This document shows, piece by piece, positions 38,470-52,030 of a DNA stretch of 64,000 nt (position 1 is the stretch's first letter; each line of letters begins with the position of its first letter). The DNA is from the human T2T-CHM13v2.0 reference genome, Homo sapiens: NCBI RefSeq assembly GCF_009914755.1, contig NC_060926.1; one strand, given 5' to 3'. The notes below the pieces were generated by a model. It was given only the letters and a program-made list of their open reading frames with translations. It was not told the origin of the DNA and searched no databases. The translations under genes were made by a program, and so were the position numbers.

Positions 38470-40099
38470 CAGTCCAAATGCCCATTAAAATGAAAATAAC
38501 AAACAATGTGTGGTTTGTCCAAACAGTGAGATATTAGACAGCATTAAAAAGAGAATTACTAAAGTACACAACAATATGGATAAATACGAAAAAATATATT
38601 ATGTTGAACAAAAGTCAGAAATGCAAAACTGTATACAGTGTATAACTCCATTTATATAAAATCCAAGAAGAGACTGTGGCTGGAAGTCAGAAATTGAAGG
38701 GGAAGGGCAGTAGAGGTTAGAGGAAATAAAATTTTTTTGAAAGAGGGACAAGGGAACTACCTGTAGTAATGGAAATATTCTATATCTTGTTTTGTATGCA
38801 TGAAATTGTTAAAACTCAATGAACTAAATCCCAAAAACATGTACATATTATATATGTTAATTATATGTCAATACAATATGTAAAGGAGAAGGAGGAAGAG
38901 GGAGAGGAGGAGGAAGAGGAAGAAGGTTATAGTAGTTGTTTGTCCTGCATGGCAGATCTTATAAATGAGAAATTCTGAGGGTGGGGACTTGGAATCTGTC
39001 TGTTTTGCAAGCCTCTGAAGGGGTTTTGATGAACTCGGAGATCTTGACAAGAATTGTCCTCATCATTGATCCACAGCTGTAAAAAACACTAGCTTTAAGT
39101 GGAAGTAAGTCAAACAGGACCCCTTGTGGCTTAGACCTTTCCTTCAGGAATCCTCTATCCTTGGGTCTCCTGAAGCAAGATTTCTATCATATCATTTATC
39201 AGATTCTTCTAATTTTTTACCTTGATCTGTAGATTATCTTTTAAAAGTCATACTCTATTTCCTCAATGGATTATAAACCCCTCAAGCTCTGGTCCTCTCT
39301 CACACATTTGTGTTGATTCCCCACAAACATTGTTGTGATGAGGTTTCTGAGGAAGGATATCCTCTGTTAACTCTCTCTACCATGAAGCTTGCACTTAGAG
39401 AATTTCCCTAGGCGCAGCCCCAGCCCCTTAAATACATGAGACTCCCATGGTGTGAGTGTTTCCAGCAGAGGGAAAGCCTAGGCAAAGAAAGGTTAGGTGC
39501 CATCCAGCCCCAGCCTCAGAATGAGTCTGCAGGATCACCAGAGTGAGCAGAGGGCAGCCCAGGGCCACAACTAGGCTATAGAAGTGTGGGGAGATCCTGG
39601 ACTTTTCTAAGAAAGCCCATAAAGCCAGGAGCTTAGGGAAGCACATTGGACTATTGTTCCCAGAATGCCTAGCTTAATGCCCAGGATCAGCCCTCCTCTC
39701 AAGCAAATGGGTGTAATTTCACTTCCACAAAACCTCTTCCCAAAATATCTCACACATGGCCCTTCTGGCACCAACTATTAAATTAGGTGAAATGAAAGTT
39801 TCAGCAGCCTCTAGCCAGATCTCCAAAAAGAAAACCACATTACTGGCAATGGCAGTGAAAGCAAAGGCAGTCTATAAAACCCGAACATGTTTTTGTCACA
39901 TTTCCTATTGAAGGGCAATTGTGCAATGTCTAAAAACTGAAATACAAGATTCTGGACAGATTTAATGAAGAGCTGAGTCACTTGTTTCATTGATTGCATG
40001 TCTTAAATGGATGGGCACATTTCCATTGAGAAGAGCACAACTGTGTTGTAACTATGCATTTTATCCATGGGTAGCAGAGTCAACAGTTCTCAAGATGTT

Positions 40100-40310
40100 T
40101 TGAGAGCCCATTATAAGTCAGGCATCTATGAAGCAATGTATGTGAATAATCATACTTAATGTTCATAGTAAACTAATAATGAGGCAAAGACCACTATAAT
40201 TGTCATTTTACAGATGTGAAAACTGAAGCCAAGAGTACCTAAATAGGGGACCCAATGTTATTTAACTAAGAAATAGTCAAGCTATATTAAGATCCAAGTG
40301 GTCTTACCCC
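40100..40310 (-). mobile_element. MIR fragment
   Basis: cattttacagatgtgaaaactgaagcc. Confidence 0.7.
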
Positions 40311-40339
40311 ATGAGTCATTCATTTTTTAAAACATTTTT

Positions 40340-41065
40340 CCCACTGAGTAAATATTTATTAAACCCTTATTATATGCCAGACACTGTTCTAGGCATTGGG
40401 AACATGATGACTGTCAAAGTTTCTATACTCACAGAGCTTACATTCTGGTGAAAAAGAAAATGAGTGACTGAAATATTTATAATGTAATAAGCAATGATGA
40501 GGGATAAAAAGTGATTATGTGTGTTGGAATGCTTCTTAGTGAGATAGAATGGTCCCAAATGCCTCTTTGCAGAGGTGTCTTTGCAATGAGACTGGACCAA
40601 CTGAAGGTAGGAAAGCAGCCAGGCACATTTGCAAGGAAAGAATCCCAGGCTGTAGAAAATTTCTTGCAAGGAAATATAGTCACATTAAAAGGATTGAAAG
40701 GAGGCAACTGGGGCTGAAGACATAAGCTAAGGAAGGAATGTTAAAAAAAAAGTACTAAAAAGGCTCTTAGGGGCATATTTTGTAGGACATTGTGGAACAT
40801 TTTATTTTGAGGAAGGTCAGAGCCTGTGAAGGCTTTGAGTAGGGGAGGGGCATGGTCTGCTGGCTGTGGAGAGTTCAGACTTGGGAGAGGTTACAGCAAT
40901 AAAGGACTCTGGAAGATCAGTCAGGGGACCACAAGAATGTAAAGCAGAGTGGTACAGTGGCAGGAGTGGTGATAAATGGTTGCATTTAGAATAGACTGTG
41001 GATATATGGCCATGAGATTTGCTTAAGGATTGCATGTAAGATGTGAGTCAAGGATGACAAGGATC
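40340..41065 (-). mobile_element. L2a 3' region
   Basis: aaatatttattaaacc...tgccagacactgttctaggcattggg...gagtcaaggatgac. Confidence 0.8.
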
Positions 41066-42006
41066 CTCTTTCACTATTATGGTGTACCCTCCATGATAGT
41101 TACTCACCAATGAGGAGTAAAAGTTAGTATTTTCCCTTCCAGGAAAAGGGAATGAGATACGAGAGAAAGCCTTTCCCTAGCGATGAGCAAACTTTTATCT
41201 CTACAAAAAAAACAGTAAGTGAGTGGTTTTCCTGGTAGTGAGTTATTAGCTTGGTGAGAAGGAAACTCCAGGCTGTTACAAAACAAGGAAAATTAGACTA
41301 AGTGTCAGAAGAAGTGGATTCCATTTCTGATTCAACCATTTAAGGAGAGTGTGATGCCAGCAAGATGCCTAAGCCCACTGGTTTTATTTGCTTTAAATAT
41401 TAAATGGGCATAAAAATTCATGCCCTCCCTGCTAATGAACTGTTGTAAAGAACAAGTGAAATAAAGTAAATGAATGTATCCTAAAAATTCTAAACTGAAG
41501 CATACCTGCAATGCATAATAAAAATTCTATCTTTCCAGGTTTAGTATGTCTATGTAATGTTGGCAGTGAAGTCTTGTTACATATACTTTATAAGCTGAGT
41601 GTTAATACATCTCTGATTAAGACTTGTCTAGAAGCTGAGAGATTTTCCTATTATCTACAGAAAAAAAAAAAGCCATGCTAATGTTTCCCCATGCACATGT
41701 AGTTTTCTCTCCTTTCCCAAGCCAGGCCAATTGCTGTGTTCTAATATCAGCTCTGCTGTCTTCATTTTCTTTGTACCATGCAGCTGTTTTTGCTTATATG
41801 GAAAATATCGTTGGAAACCCAAAAATAAACACAATTGCAATGAAAAAGAAGATAAAATAAACAAAAGGCATAGCATGTTCAAGCTTTAAAAGTGAATCTA
41901 GAAGTTTTAAAACAATTTGAGGAATTGCAGCCTCAACATTCAAAGAACATTGGGGCTACATAAATCCACACTGAAGACATAATAAATAGTTTAGAGGAAT
42001 GCTCAG

Positions 42007-42710
42007 TGTATTAGCATACTTGAGACTACCAGAGACTGGGTAATTCATGAAGAAATGAGGTTCAATTGGCTCACAGTTCTGCAGGCTGCAGGCTGTACAG
42101 GAAGCATGGCTGGGAAGCCTCAGGAAACTTACAATCATGGCAGAAAGGCAAAGGGAAACCAAGTGCATCTTCACATGGCAGCAGGAGAGAGAGAAAAGGG
42201 GGAAGTGCTATGTGCTTTTAAACAACCAGATCTCATGAGAACTCAACTCACTATCATGAGAACAGCAAGGGGGAAGTCTGCCCCCTTGATTCAAACACCT
42301 CCCACCAAGCGCTTCCTCCAACACCTGGGGATTACAGTTTGACATGAGATTTGAGTGGGGACACAGAGCCAAACTATATTATTCTGCCCCTGGCCCCTCT
42401 CAAATCTCATGTCCATCTCACATTTCAGAACACAATCATGCCTTCCCAACAGCCTCCCAAAGCCTTAACTCCTTCCAGCATTAACTCAAAAATCCAAGTA
42501 TGGTCTTAAATGAGACAAGGCAAATCCCTTCCGTCTATCAGACTATCAAATCAAAAACAAGTTAGTTACTTCAAAGATACAATGGGGATACAGGCATTGG
42601 GTAAATGCTCCCATTCCAAAAGGGAGAAATTGGCCAAAACTAAGAGGCTAAAAGGCCCCATGTAAGTCTGAAACCCAGCAGGGCAGTCATGAAATCCTAA
42701 AGATTCCAAG
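42007..42710 (-). mobile_element. MSTA LTR (42007-42381) plus adjacent internal fragment
   Basis: ggctgtacaggaagcatggc, ttttaaacaaccagatctcatgagaactca; internal aagttagttacttcaaagatacaatgggg. Confidence 0.9.
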
Positions 42711-43288
42711 CAGAAATCTTAGTGTTTCCTGATTTGTAAAACTAAACTCAGAACCTACTGTGTAAACCCATTAATGTATCAGATACTATTCACTTTCCAT
42801 TTCTCAAGTAAATGACATTCATAGAAACTTCCAGGAAGTCTACACCAGCACATAAGGGAAGTTAAGTGGAGTGGCTTCCTTCTTCATAATTCTTAAGGAT
42901 GTACATATCTTGTGCTGTGTGAACAGTTGTCTGAATATTTGGGGTTGGTCAGTATAGTCACCCTAAAATTTAAAGGGTTGGAGATAATCATCTTGAACTC
43001 TGAACTTTTAGTCTTACTATTTGTATTTGAACAATCAGATGAAGAAGTATCTAGCGAGAAAAAAATAAGTGATTTTAACAAGCTGCTATTAAAACAGACA
43101 GATGAGGACTAGAGAGAAGCCCTGACTTATGAACTAAGACACACAACCCCGCCAGGCTTTTCCTGCTTCTACCTGTATTGCTCATTTCCACTTTCAAAAT
43201 ACCCCACTAGTCTCTTCCACCTTCCTTCCTTGTCATTTCACTGCCATAAATTACATCACACATTAACCAGGTTAAAGTGCATGCATGT

Positions 43289-43290
<2 letters not shown>

Positions 43291-43331
<41 letters not shown>
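43291..43331. repeat. (AC)20 microsatellite
   Basis: Directly visible. Confidence 0.97.
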
Positions 43332-43332
<1 letters not shown>

Positions 43333-46329
43333 CATAGATGCCACTGAATTGGGGCTGAAGAGAAGAAACTTTGGAACTTCAAATAAGTTCTGGTTTCAGG
43401 TGGGGAAAAAAACATTAAAAAGATGAAGAGCTTAGCCCAGGAACAAATGCCCAGTAGTAACAGTGGGGCAGAAAGTATTAATATTCACGCTATTCATGTG
43501 CTCCTCTACACGTCTGGATGTCCTTGCAGTTGGTTCAGACCTGTAACGGAGCTCTGGCCTCTGTAAAATAGGCTGATAAGTGCTATGTCACATGTCCAGT
43601 CTGTCCCTCTTCTGTGGTATTTCTTTAACAGCTGGAATTGGAGGACTCTGAGATGACAGTGCAAACTGTTTCCCCTGTTGGAGAAGAGCTGCCCAACTTT
43701 CACAGGACCTTGTGTGAACAGAAATAAACTTGTATCTTGTACTTCCACTGAGATTTTAGCATTGTTTGTTTCAGTAGGTAATGTTAATTACTTTAAAACA
43801 AAATGCTTTGAAAATTAATGACATGTTTTCTGGAGCTGTTGGAGCCAGAGCCAAGTGCTGAAGCATACGAATCTGCAGCGTAAATTCAGAAAGTTCAGGA
43901 TGTGAGGCTCCACAAGCTATATGGTGGGAATTGGAAGTTGACCTGCTTCTCTGGTGCTGTGCACACTTCCACATACCAACACCTCCAGCTGCCATCATTG
44001 CATCATTTACCTAAACTTATACACTTGGGTCAACAAGTCCCCTTTTTAGTAAAAAAAGTAGTTATGAAGAAATTGTTGGTTTTCTACACCATAGTGAGAT
44101 TTATTTGGTTCTGATTGATTTGTTCTTAGCAAATGTTCTGAGAAAATTGAAAATTGAGGGATGAAAGAGCATAGATCCTTAAAAATAGCACGGTGGATGA
44201 CGTGCCTGGGGATGAATGCCTTAGGGAAGGATAATGTGTGTTGGCGTGGGGAGAGTCACGGAGTGAAGGAAGAGAAAGCAGGGAGAGTTGCAGAAGGATA
44301 CCCAGCTGCCAATCTCACAGATTTTACATTTTTGCTTAAGGCCATCTCTAGGAAACCGGAAAACCCATTCTCCCATTTAACTCTCAAGGCTGCTTGACTC
44401 CTATTCCCAGGTGGTCTGACAGCACACACTGCAGTTCTACTTCACGAATTGAGTAAGCTTTTGTTGGTTAGCCTGACACCCTAATGCCCAGTCAATACAC
44501 TGTCTCTAGGAAAGAACACTTTCCAAATTCCAGACAAACAGTTTTAGAATACAAGCTATAAAGCCTATTCATAAAATTTGAAATTGTGCAAGAATCAATC
44601 CATATACTTCCTTGCCAACACCAAGACTAAATGGTTTGTCTTCACTGCACATCTTTTTGGATGACCTTTTAAAAGCTTATAATATTTTTTCTTTGGGTTA
44701 GCCCTAGATCTTTAATTTTAACCTGATTACATCTAGTTGAATGCATTTTAAAATTTAAATACTAAAAAAGTTAAATTCTAAAAAGGGGATTGTGAAGAAA
44801 ACGTCCTGTGTCATGGATCAGAACATTACATAAGTAAGAAAAAATAATAATCAATTGTTGATGCCTAGCAAATATCTGTTGGAGGTGAAAGAGTTTATCC
44901 TTTAAGAGGGGAAAACCCATGCCAACATTTCTCTAAGAAGAGCTGCTAACAGATGCAGATTATAGTGAAAAGGTTCTTTGGGAGTTTCAGGGAGGAGTGA
45001 GGTAATTCACATACTGAAGAGGCAAATGGATAACTGTGTCTTGATAAATAAGAAGGCTGCACACTAAAGCAACTGAGGAAAGCTTCCTTTTCTATGGTTC
45101 CTTCATCCAGAAACACGAGCAAGAGCTGCTTTCTATAACTAATGTCAAATTCATACAAAAAGATAAAGAAATGTTGTAGAAGGTGGCAGGTTGACGTGGG
45201 GATTCCCTGTTTCAAAGCCTTCAATTTCATCCGAGTACTACAAATATGTCATAACAGTAGCAAGGACCTTATCTCCTTATTGGCAGGAACTCAAGTCGTG
45301 TAGCGGAGAACACACACCTCTGAGAGATGATATCACAAATGAAGTGCTCACGTTGTTTCTAAATACCAGGCTCAGATGCACAAAGGCAGGGCTGGCCCTC
45401 AGCAAAGTCAGTCAATTCTGCTTTTCTAACAATTTTTACCACCATCCCAACTTCTCTGAGCCTGACATAGCACTACTACTTCTCTAACCTAACTGTAAAG
45501 TACTCAGAGATCCCAGGTCATCTGGGAAACATACAACTGTATTTGGGTAAAATTTGCCACATGTAATTAAACATGGGCAGTGTACTGAAAGAGCCAACCT
45601 AGGAAGGTTGTCAAAGTTTTACAATTGCCCTGAGAGTGAACTCAGGTTCCTGAAACCTGACACTTAACTGAGTTCTTTATTAGTCAGCTTTAGCTTCTTC
45701 CCTGGATTATTGTTTTAAGAACACCCAAGAAAGACTTCTGAGCTTCCCTTTGTAGCCAAGCTCTGCTTCTCAAAATAAACCATTTCTTGCAAGCATAATA
45801 TTGATGTAGCAACTGTTGATGTCTCTCTGTTCCTTCCTTTGGAATTAAATCTTTCATATCCCTGGTCTCACTTATTCAGAATCCTAGTCTTTGACAAGTT
45901 ATTGTAGAAATGAGTCATTCCAATACCTGCATTTATCCAGTTGAAAGCCATACATCTTCTGAATGTTATTTCCATTAAACTAAATTAATTAGGTAGGCAT
46001 TAATTGCTTGCTACAAGTCAGGAACTGATTTGGGAAAGTGGGGGAATATAAAAAAAATTATAAGTTTATCTATGCCCCAAACAGTTTATATTTGTGGTAA
46101 CCAGACACATTCTAGGGAAATAATTTATTAACGTGGATTAACTTGAATGGGTCAAAGTACTCCAAGCATATTTCTTGAATGAATGAACAAACAACAAATA
46201 ACTGCTCTAACGAGCAACCCTGATAACAGGGTTAGCAAGGAAGTACCTAACATTATGTTATCGCAGCATGGGTAAACAAAGTTATCTGAAATTAAGAAAG
46301 TTCATTCCACTTACATGGCACAACTTTCT

Positions 46330-47460
46330 GCCCCAGGAAGTGACTGTGAATCCTTCATGGCTGCCTCTGTCTACAGGAACTTAAAATTGAACACAGAAAG
46401 TCACATTTGCCCATCCTTGGCATAGTCCCCCATCCTAGATCTACTGCTGCCTGCTGAGCAAGGTCTTTGAAATCCTTGCCATCCCAGACCACTTTTGGGT
46501 GCAGAGAAGTATCTTTGTAGTGCATCAGAAAATTGTGACTATAACTTAAAGACTAGATCAAATAGTTAAAAATATAGTTTACCCGGGCACTGGATAAATT
46601 AAACTCCTCTCAGTTACTAAAAGAACATGTTGTATTGGGCTGCATTATTGGATATGCTATCTGGTCTCCTCGTGGTGAATAGAGTTCAATGTGCTCCTCA
46701 AATAATACAAATGCTTAGCTCTTCCTCATTCCAGAGTAGTAATACTGTGTTCAATATCTTGTCTTCATCTTCATACTGACCTGAGCTTAGCAGCTCATCT
46801 TTTGTCTGATTCTACTGATTTTTGTAAAGTTCAAATTAGGTCCAATTGCTACATAAGTACATAATCATTACATAATTTGGATTGGAATCATTCTAGTTGA
46901 AAGTGCTGGCCAGACACAGCATGTGGTTGAATACCTTCTCGTCTGTCTACTAACATAATTTTCCTTAGTACCTTGCCTCTCTTAGAAGGTTTTCTTAATG
47001 CTAAATGTTTGTGGGATTTTTCATCACCTCCTTAATTTGTTAATCATTTAAGTTCCCCATGTTGCCTTTTCATTCAAACAGGAGTTTCCTATATGCATCC
47101 TCTTAATTCTTCACGCTGTTACTGCTGATAAAGGGCTTTGCACTGTTTCTTTCTCTGTATATCTAATTAATGACTTTCTTTCTTAGCACAGCTTCTGGGC
47201 CTGTTTAATAATTTTCTTCAAACAAGTCCAGTGGTCTCATTCACCACTGCCATTCTGACATTTCTTCAAAAATCCTTTAGCCCTATTTCTAAATCAGTCA
47301 TCAAAATCAACGAATACATCTTGGGGTCCTTCCCAAGGCCTGGGATTCAAGATTCCTACAACATAATCTGTCTGAACTTTTGCCCACATTTTCTGTTGAT
47401 GAATCATCACAATGGTTTTATAGTTCCATAGGAAGCTTCTGTAGCTCTTCTAGATTTTCT
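46330..47460 (-). mobile_element. possible ancient CR1/L3 LINE ORF2 fossil
   Basis: Collinear minus-strand peptides MWAKVQTDYVVGIL (47389-47348), WTCLKKIIKQAQKLC (47230-47186) and GWANVT (46416-46399). Confidence 0.45.
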
Positions 47461-48623
47461 TACTTGCATTGAGGACCTTAGGAAAATCAATTTAACATAC
47501 TTAATATATCAAGCTAGGGCCACCTATCTAATATAAAATTGCCATAAACCAGGAAATAATTTCTGGGTTTTAGAAGTATGCAAATAAAAACTTCACACGT
47601 TTTGATCTATAAAAAGATTAAGTGTTCACATAACTTCTTGGAGTCTTCAACATGTAAGGAATTTTGATTCAAGTTGTGCCCCAAGGGAAAGAAGATTAGA
47701 CTGTGTAGGGCAAGGGCCACCCTGGGCAAAGTTGCTGAAAAATATCCAATGAACTTGGTGTATCTCATGGCCCTGAGACCTCGCTCTCTCTACCAGCCCT
47801 ACCCATTGACAGAAGGGAGAAGGATATTTGGTATCAGAGGTCATGCCTAACCAGAATCTCTTCCATTAAGAAGCCAACTATTTGCTTAAATCATCACCTT
47901 ACTATGAGAAAAATGAAAATATTAAGGATGAAGCAGCTTAAGATATTTTTATTCTTCTCTTACTCTCCCAACATGTGGACTGAGAGATGACTAGGCAAAT
48001 CACAACATTTAAGTTTGTAGAATTATAGGAATCACATTGTTCTTCAGAATATATGGGGATACTGTGATTACCCAAAGAGAAAAATGAATGTAAGGTAGCA
48101 TCAAACACTATTTGAACATAAGCATGTACATACATGTGAAAACAAGATATTGTTTTTATGAATGCTAATATAACTGCAGAAAAATGTATTTTAAGTTTTT
48201 TTTAGTAGGATGGATAGACAACAATCATCTAAGATCTTCATGAGTCTCTCATTTGACATACAGTTCATCCAGGTCTCAAAGGCAGGAAGGGAGAGCTGCA
48301 GTTGGAAGAGGAGAAGAAAGAAATAACCCACTCAGGTGTGTTCAGAGACAAATCAACAAAATCAACCAAATCAGGGTATTTCTTAGGTGCAGGGTTGTAA
48401 TACACAGGTAGGCACCTAAGAAAAGAACAAACAAAAGTTCAAAATAGCAAATTAACACTGTTTGGGTTTTGATGGGAAGTAAGTTTAGAAGGGAATGGAG
48501 AGAACTTGTTAGTGTTCAGGAACCTAGTTTACAACATGCAGATGAAAATTGAGCCTATCAATTGGAATTCACTCTGACCATGCTGGAAATGGATATTATG
48601 ATACTTATTTTATCATCCTCAAA

Positions 48624-48717
48624 ATTTCCAAAAGAATTCTACCACACTAAGCAGCACACTGAAGAAAATGATTTCCAAAATAATTCTACCACACTAAGCA
48701 GCACACTGAAGAAAATG
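48624..48717. repeat. 47-bp tandem duplication, one mismatch
   Basis: atttccaaaa(g/t)aattctaccacactaagcagcacactgaagaaaatg twice. Confidence 0.95.
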
Positions 48718-49205
48718 TGACAAAATGAACAATATGATTTACTTTGCTTGTATTCACAGGATATTGGCTACCTTATTCTGTTTCCTACTGGTTGCCATTT
48801 AGATAAAATTTACAGGTTGATTCAGCTGACAGGAATTATAAACAAAAGTGGCATTTTTTTAAGCTCATAGTCTTGTTTTATAGATTTGCATTTGCCTATT
48901 AGAGACATTCTCAGTTTTCCATATTTTATTCTAGGGAGAGCAAAGAATAATAAATATGACAGAAAATACTGTTTTATAAGAAATATGAAGTTTTATTTCT
49001 TCAGAGCTAGATCTGTGAGAATCAGCTGAACTTAGAATGGGAAAATTTGCATTGATATAATAGGAAATTATATAGAAAGGCTTTCTAGAGAAGCAGATTG
49101 GGGGTAGGGGGATGGATACCAAACTCCAGACTGATGAGGAAAAACACAAGGTCATTCTAGCAATACATTCTGCACCCACACATGTAGCACATATAGTCAA
49201 GTTCA

Positions 49206-49547
<342 letters not shown>

Positions 49548-49670
49548 GGAAGGAAGGAAGGAACGAAGGAAGGAAGGAAGAAAAGAAGGAAAGAAAGAAA
49601 GAGAAAGAAAGGAAGGAAGGAAGGAAAGAAAAGAAAAGAAAAAAGAAAAAGAAAGAAAGAAAGAAAGAAA

Positions 49671-49732
<62 letters not shown>

Positions 49733-49755
49733 GAAAGAAAGAAAGAAAGAAAGAA
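49548..49755. repeat. compound (GGAA)n/(GAAA)n STR grown from the Alu tail
   Basis: About 200-bp nearly pure purine tract lying inside the Alu TSDs. Confidence 0.95.
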
Positions 49756-50209
49756 TCTAACTCAGACTCTCAGGGTGAATTCTTGAGTTTTTTTTTTTTG
49801 TTTGCTTCTTCGTTTTGTTTTGTTTTTTATGTCTATCACAGAGAGAATAGAAACACTTGAAACATACTGAAATTTGGCCATGTCCAGTTCATCCAGTTGC
49901 CCCAAAGTTGTATCTCCTTGTGAGCAAAACAGCTGTTGTTGTTTATTTATTTACTGTAAAAAATACAGTAAATAAATGAATTTAAATGGTCTCTTGTCAG
50001 TAACCAATGAGTTTGATTCACATTTAAAGTGAGTTGACTCAATTTTCTGACAATATGGAGATGGCCATTGATATTTTTTATAGCGACAAAAGTACACTCA
50101 TGTTTTCCATGTGATCCCATCTAGAGTGTTAAAGTATTAAAGATGATGTGGTTAAGGTAAGGCTTATGGCATTTCTACTGCCATGCAAAGGAGCATGGAG
50201 TAAACAATT

Positions 50210-50721
50210 TGTATTAGTTTGTTTTCACACTGCTATAAAGATACTACCCAAGACTGGGCAATTTATAAAGAAAAGAGGTGCTCACGGTTCTGCATGGCTG
50301 GGGAGGGCTCAGGAAACTTACAATCATGGTGGAAGGGGAAGCAGGCACCTTCTTCACAAGGCAGCAAGAGAGAAAGAAGTGCAAGCAGGAGAAATGCCAG
50401 GCACTTATAAAACCATCAGAGCCCATGAGAACTCACTATCACAAAAACAGCACAGGGAAACTGCCCCCATGATCCAATCATCTCCCACTAGGTCTCTTCC
50501 TCAGCACCTGGGGATTATAATTCAAGATGAGAATTGTAATCATACAATCATACAATTGTACAATCATACAATCATGTAATCCCCAGCACCTGGGGATTAC
50601 AATCAAGATGAGAATTGTAATCATACAATCATACAATTGTACAATCATACAATCATACAATTGTAATCATACAATTACATATGTAATCATACAATCATAC
50701 ATACAGAGCCTAACCATATCA
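50210..50721 (-). mobile_element. THE1D solo LTR with an internal complex insertion
   Basis: tgtattagtttgttttcacactgctataaag...gcaggcaccttcttcacaagg...aaccatatca; near-TSD caatt/ctatt. Confidence 0.9.
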
Positions 50722-50944
50722 CTATTTAACACCTGAAAGAAAATCAATCAGATATAAAGGAAAATGCAATATATATAGGAACATGGGAATTAATAATAGA
50801 GCAAAGTAATCAAGTCACCTACATCGTGCTGATGTTTACTGTCATCTTATACATGACTTTCTCTACTGGAAAATGTTACTTCAAAATTAAAACATCATAG
50901 TACTATGTTACTGAAAGACTTTTTTGAGAGTAGCAAAATTCTAG

Positions 50945-51382
<438 letters not shown>

Positions 51383-51814
51383 TAGTGGTTGAGACTATTG
51401 TGGTCAGAATAAAAAGATGTCTAAAGAAGGGAGTGGTTGATAATGTCAAGTTAAAAGAGGATACAGGAGGCCCAGTCTCTAGTTCAACTGCAAAGTTTCA
51501 CATATATTGAAAAGAAAACAGTGAGCAAGATAATTGCTAGGTTTTTTATTAATCTAAAATCATAGAAGATGAAAAAGAAAAATGGAGATTTGAGAAAGCA
51601 CATGAGTTTCTTTGGATTTAATGCACTTACTAATTTTTAAATATTTTTAATGAATGAACAATCATCTTACCAACACTGAGTATCTCTAATATTGAGAATG
51701 TTGGTAGGTTGTGAAGGCATTTATTAGAACAAAGAGTGTATGTGTGTATATATATATATACACACACACAAATATGTGATAAGTAGAAAAATATAAAAAT
51801 GTATCCATTTTAGT

Positions 51815-52030
51815 GTAGTGCAGTACACCTCAAATTTGGGTTCTGTAACCAACCAGCAGGAAGACATTGAGCAATTTACTTAACCATATGGCGATTCAGT
51901 TTCCTTGTCTGTGAAATGGGTAAATATCAACCTCACAAGATTATTATGAAGATTAAATGAATTAATATATGTAAACCAATGGGAATACAGCCTCGTACAT
52001 AGCAGGCACTGTAGAAGGTTAGCTTATTTT
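51815..52030 (+). mobile_element. MIR
   Basis: tcagtttccttgtctgtgaaatggg...gattaaatga...acatagcaggcact. Confidence 0.8.

Larger units (their letters stand above)
35690..38880 (+). mobile_element. old L1M (ME-like) ORF2 end / 3' UTR, interrupted by THE1 and MER11
   Basis: gatatttacccaagagaaacaaaaacttatgttcacaaaaag...caatc resumes as ccaaatgcccatt after 38474. Confidence 0.85.

Noticed and set aside
50148-50579. 143-aa ORF
   Set aside because: Reads through the THE1D LTR and its repetitive insertion
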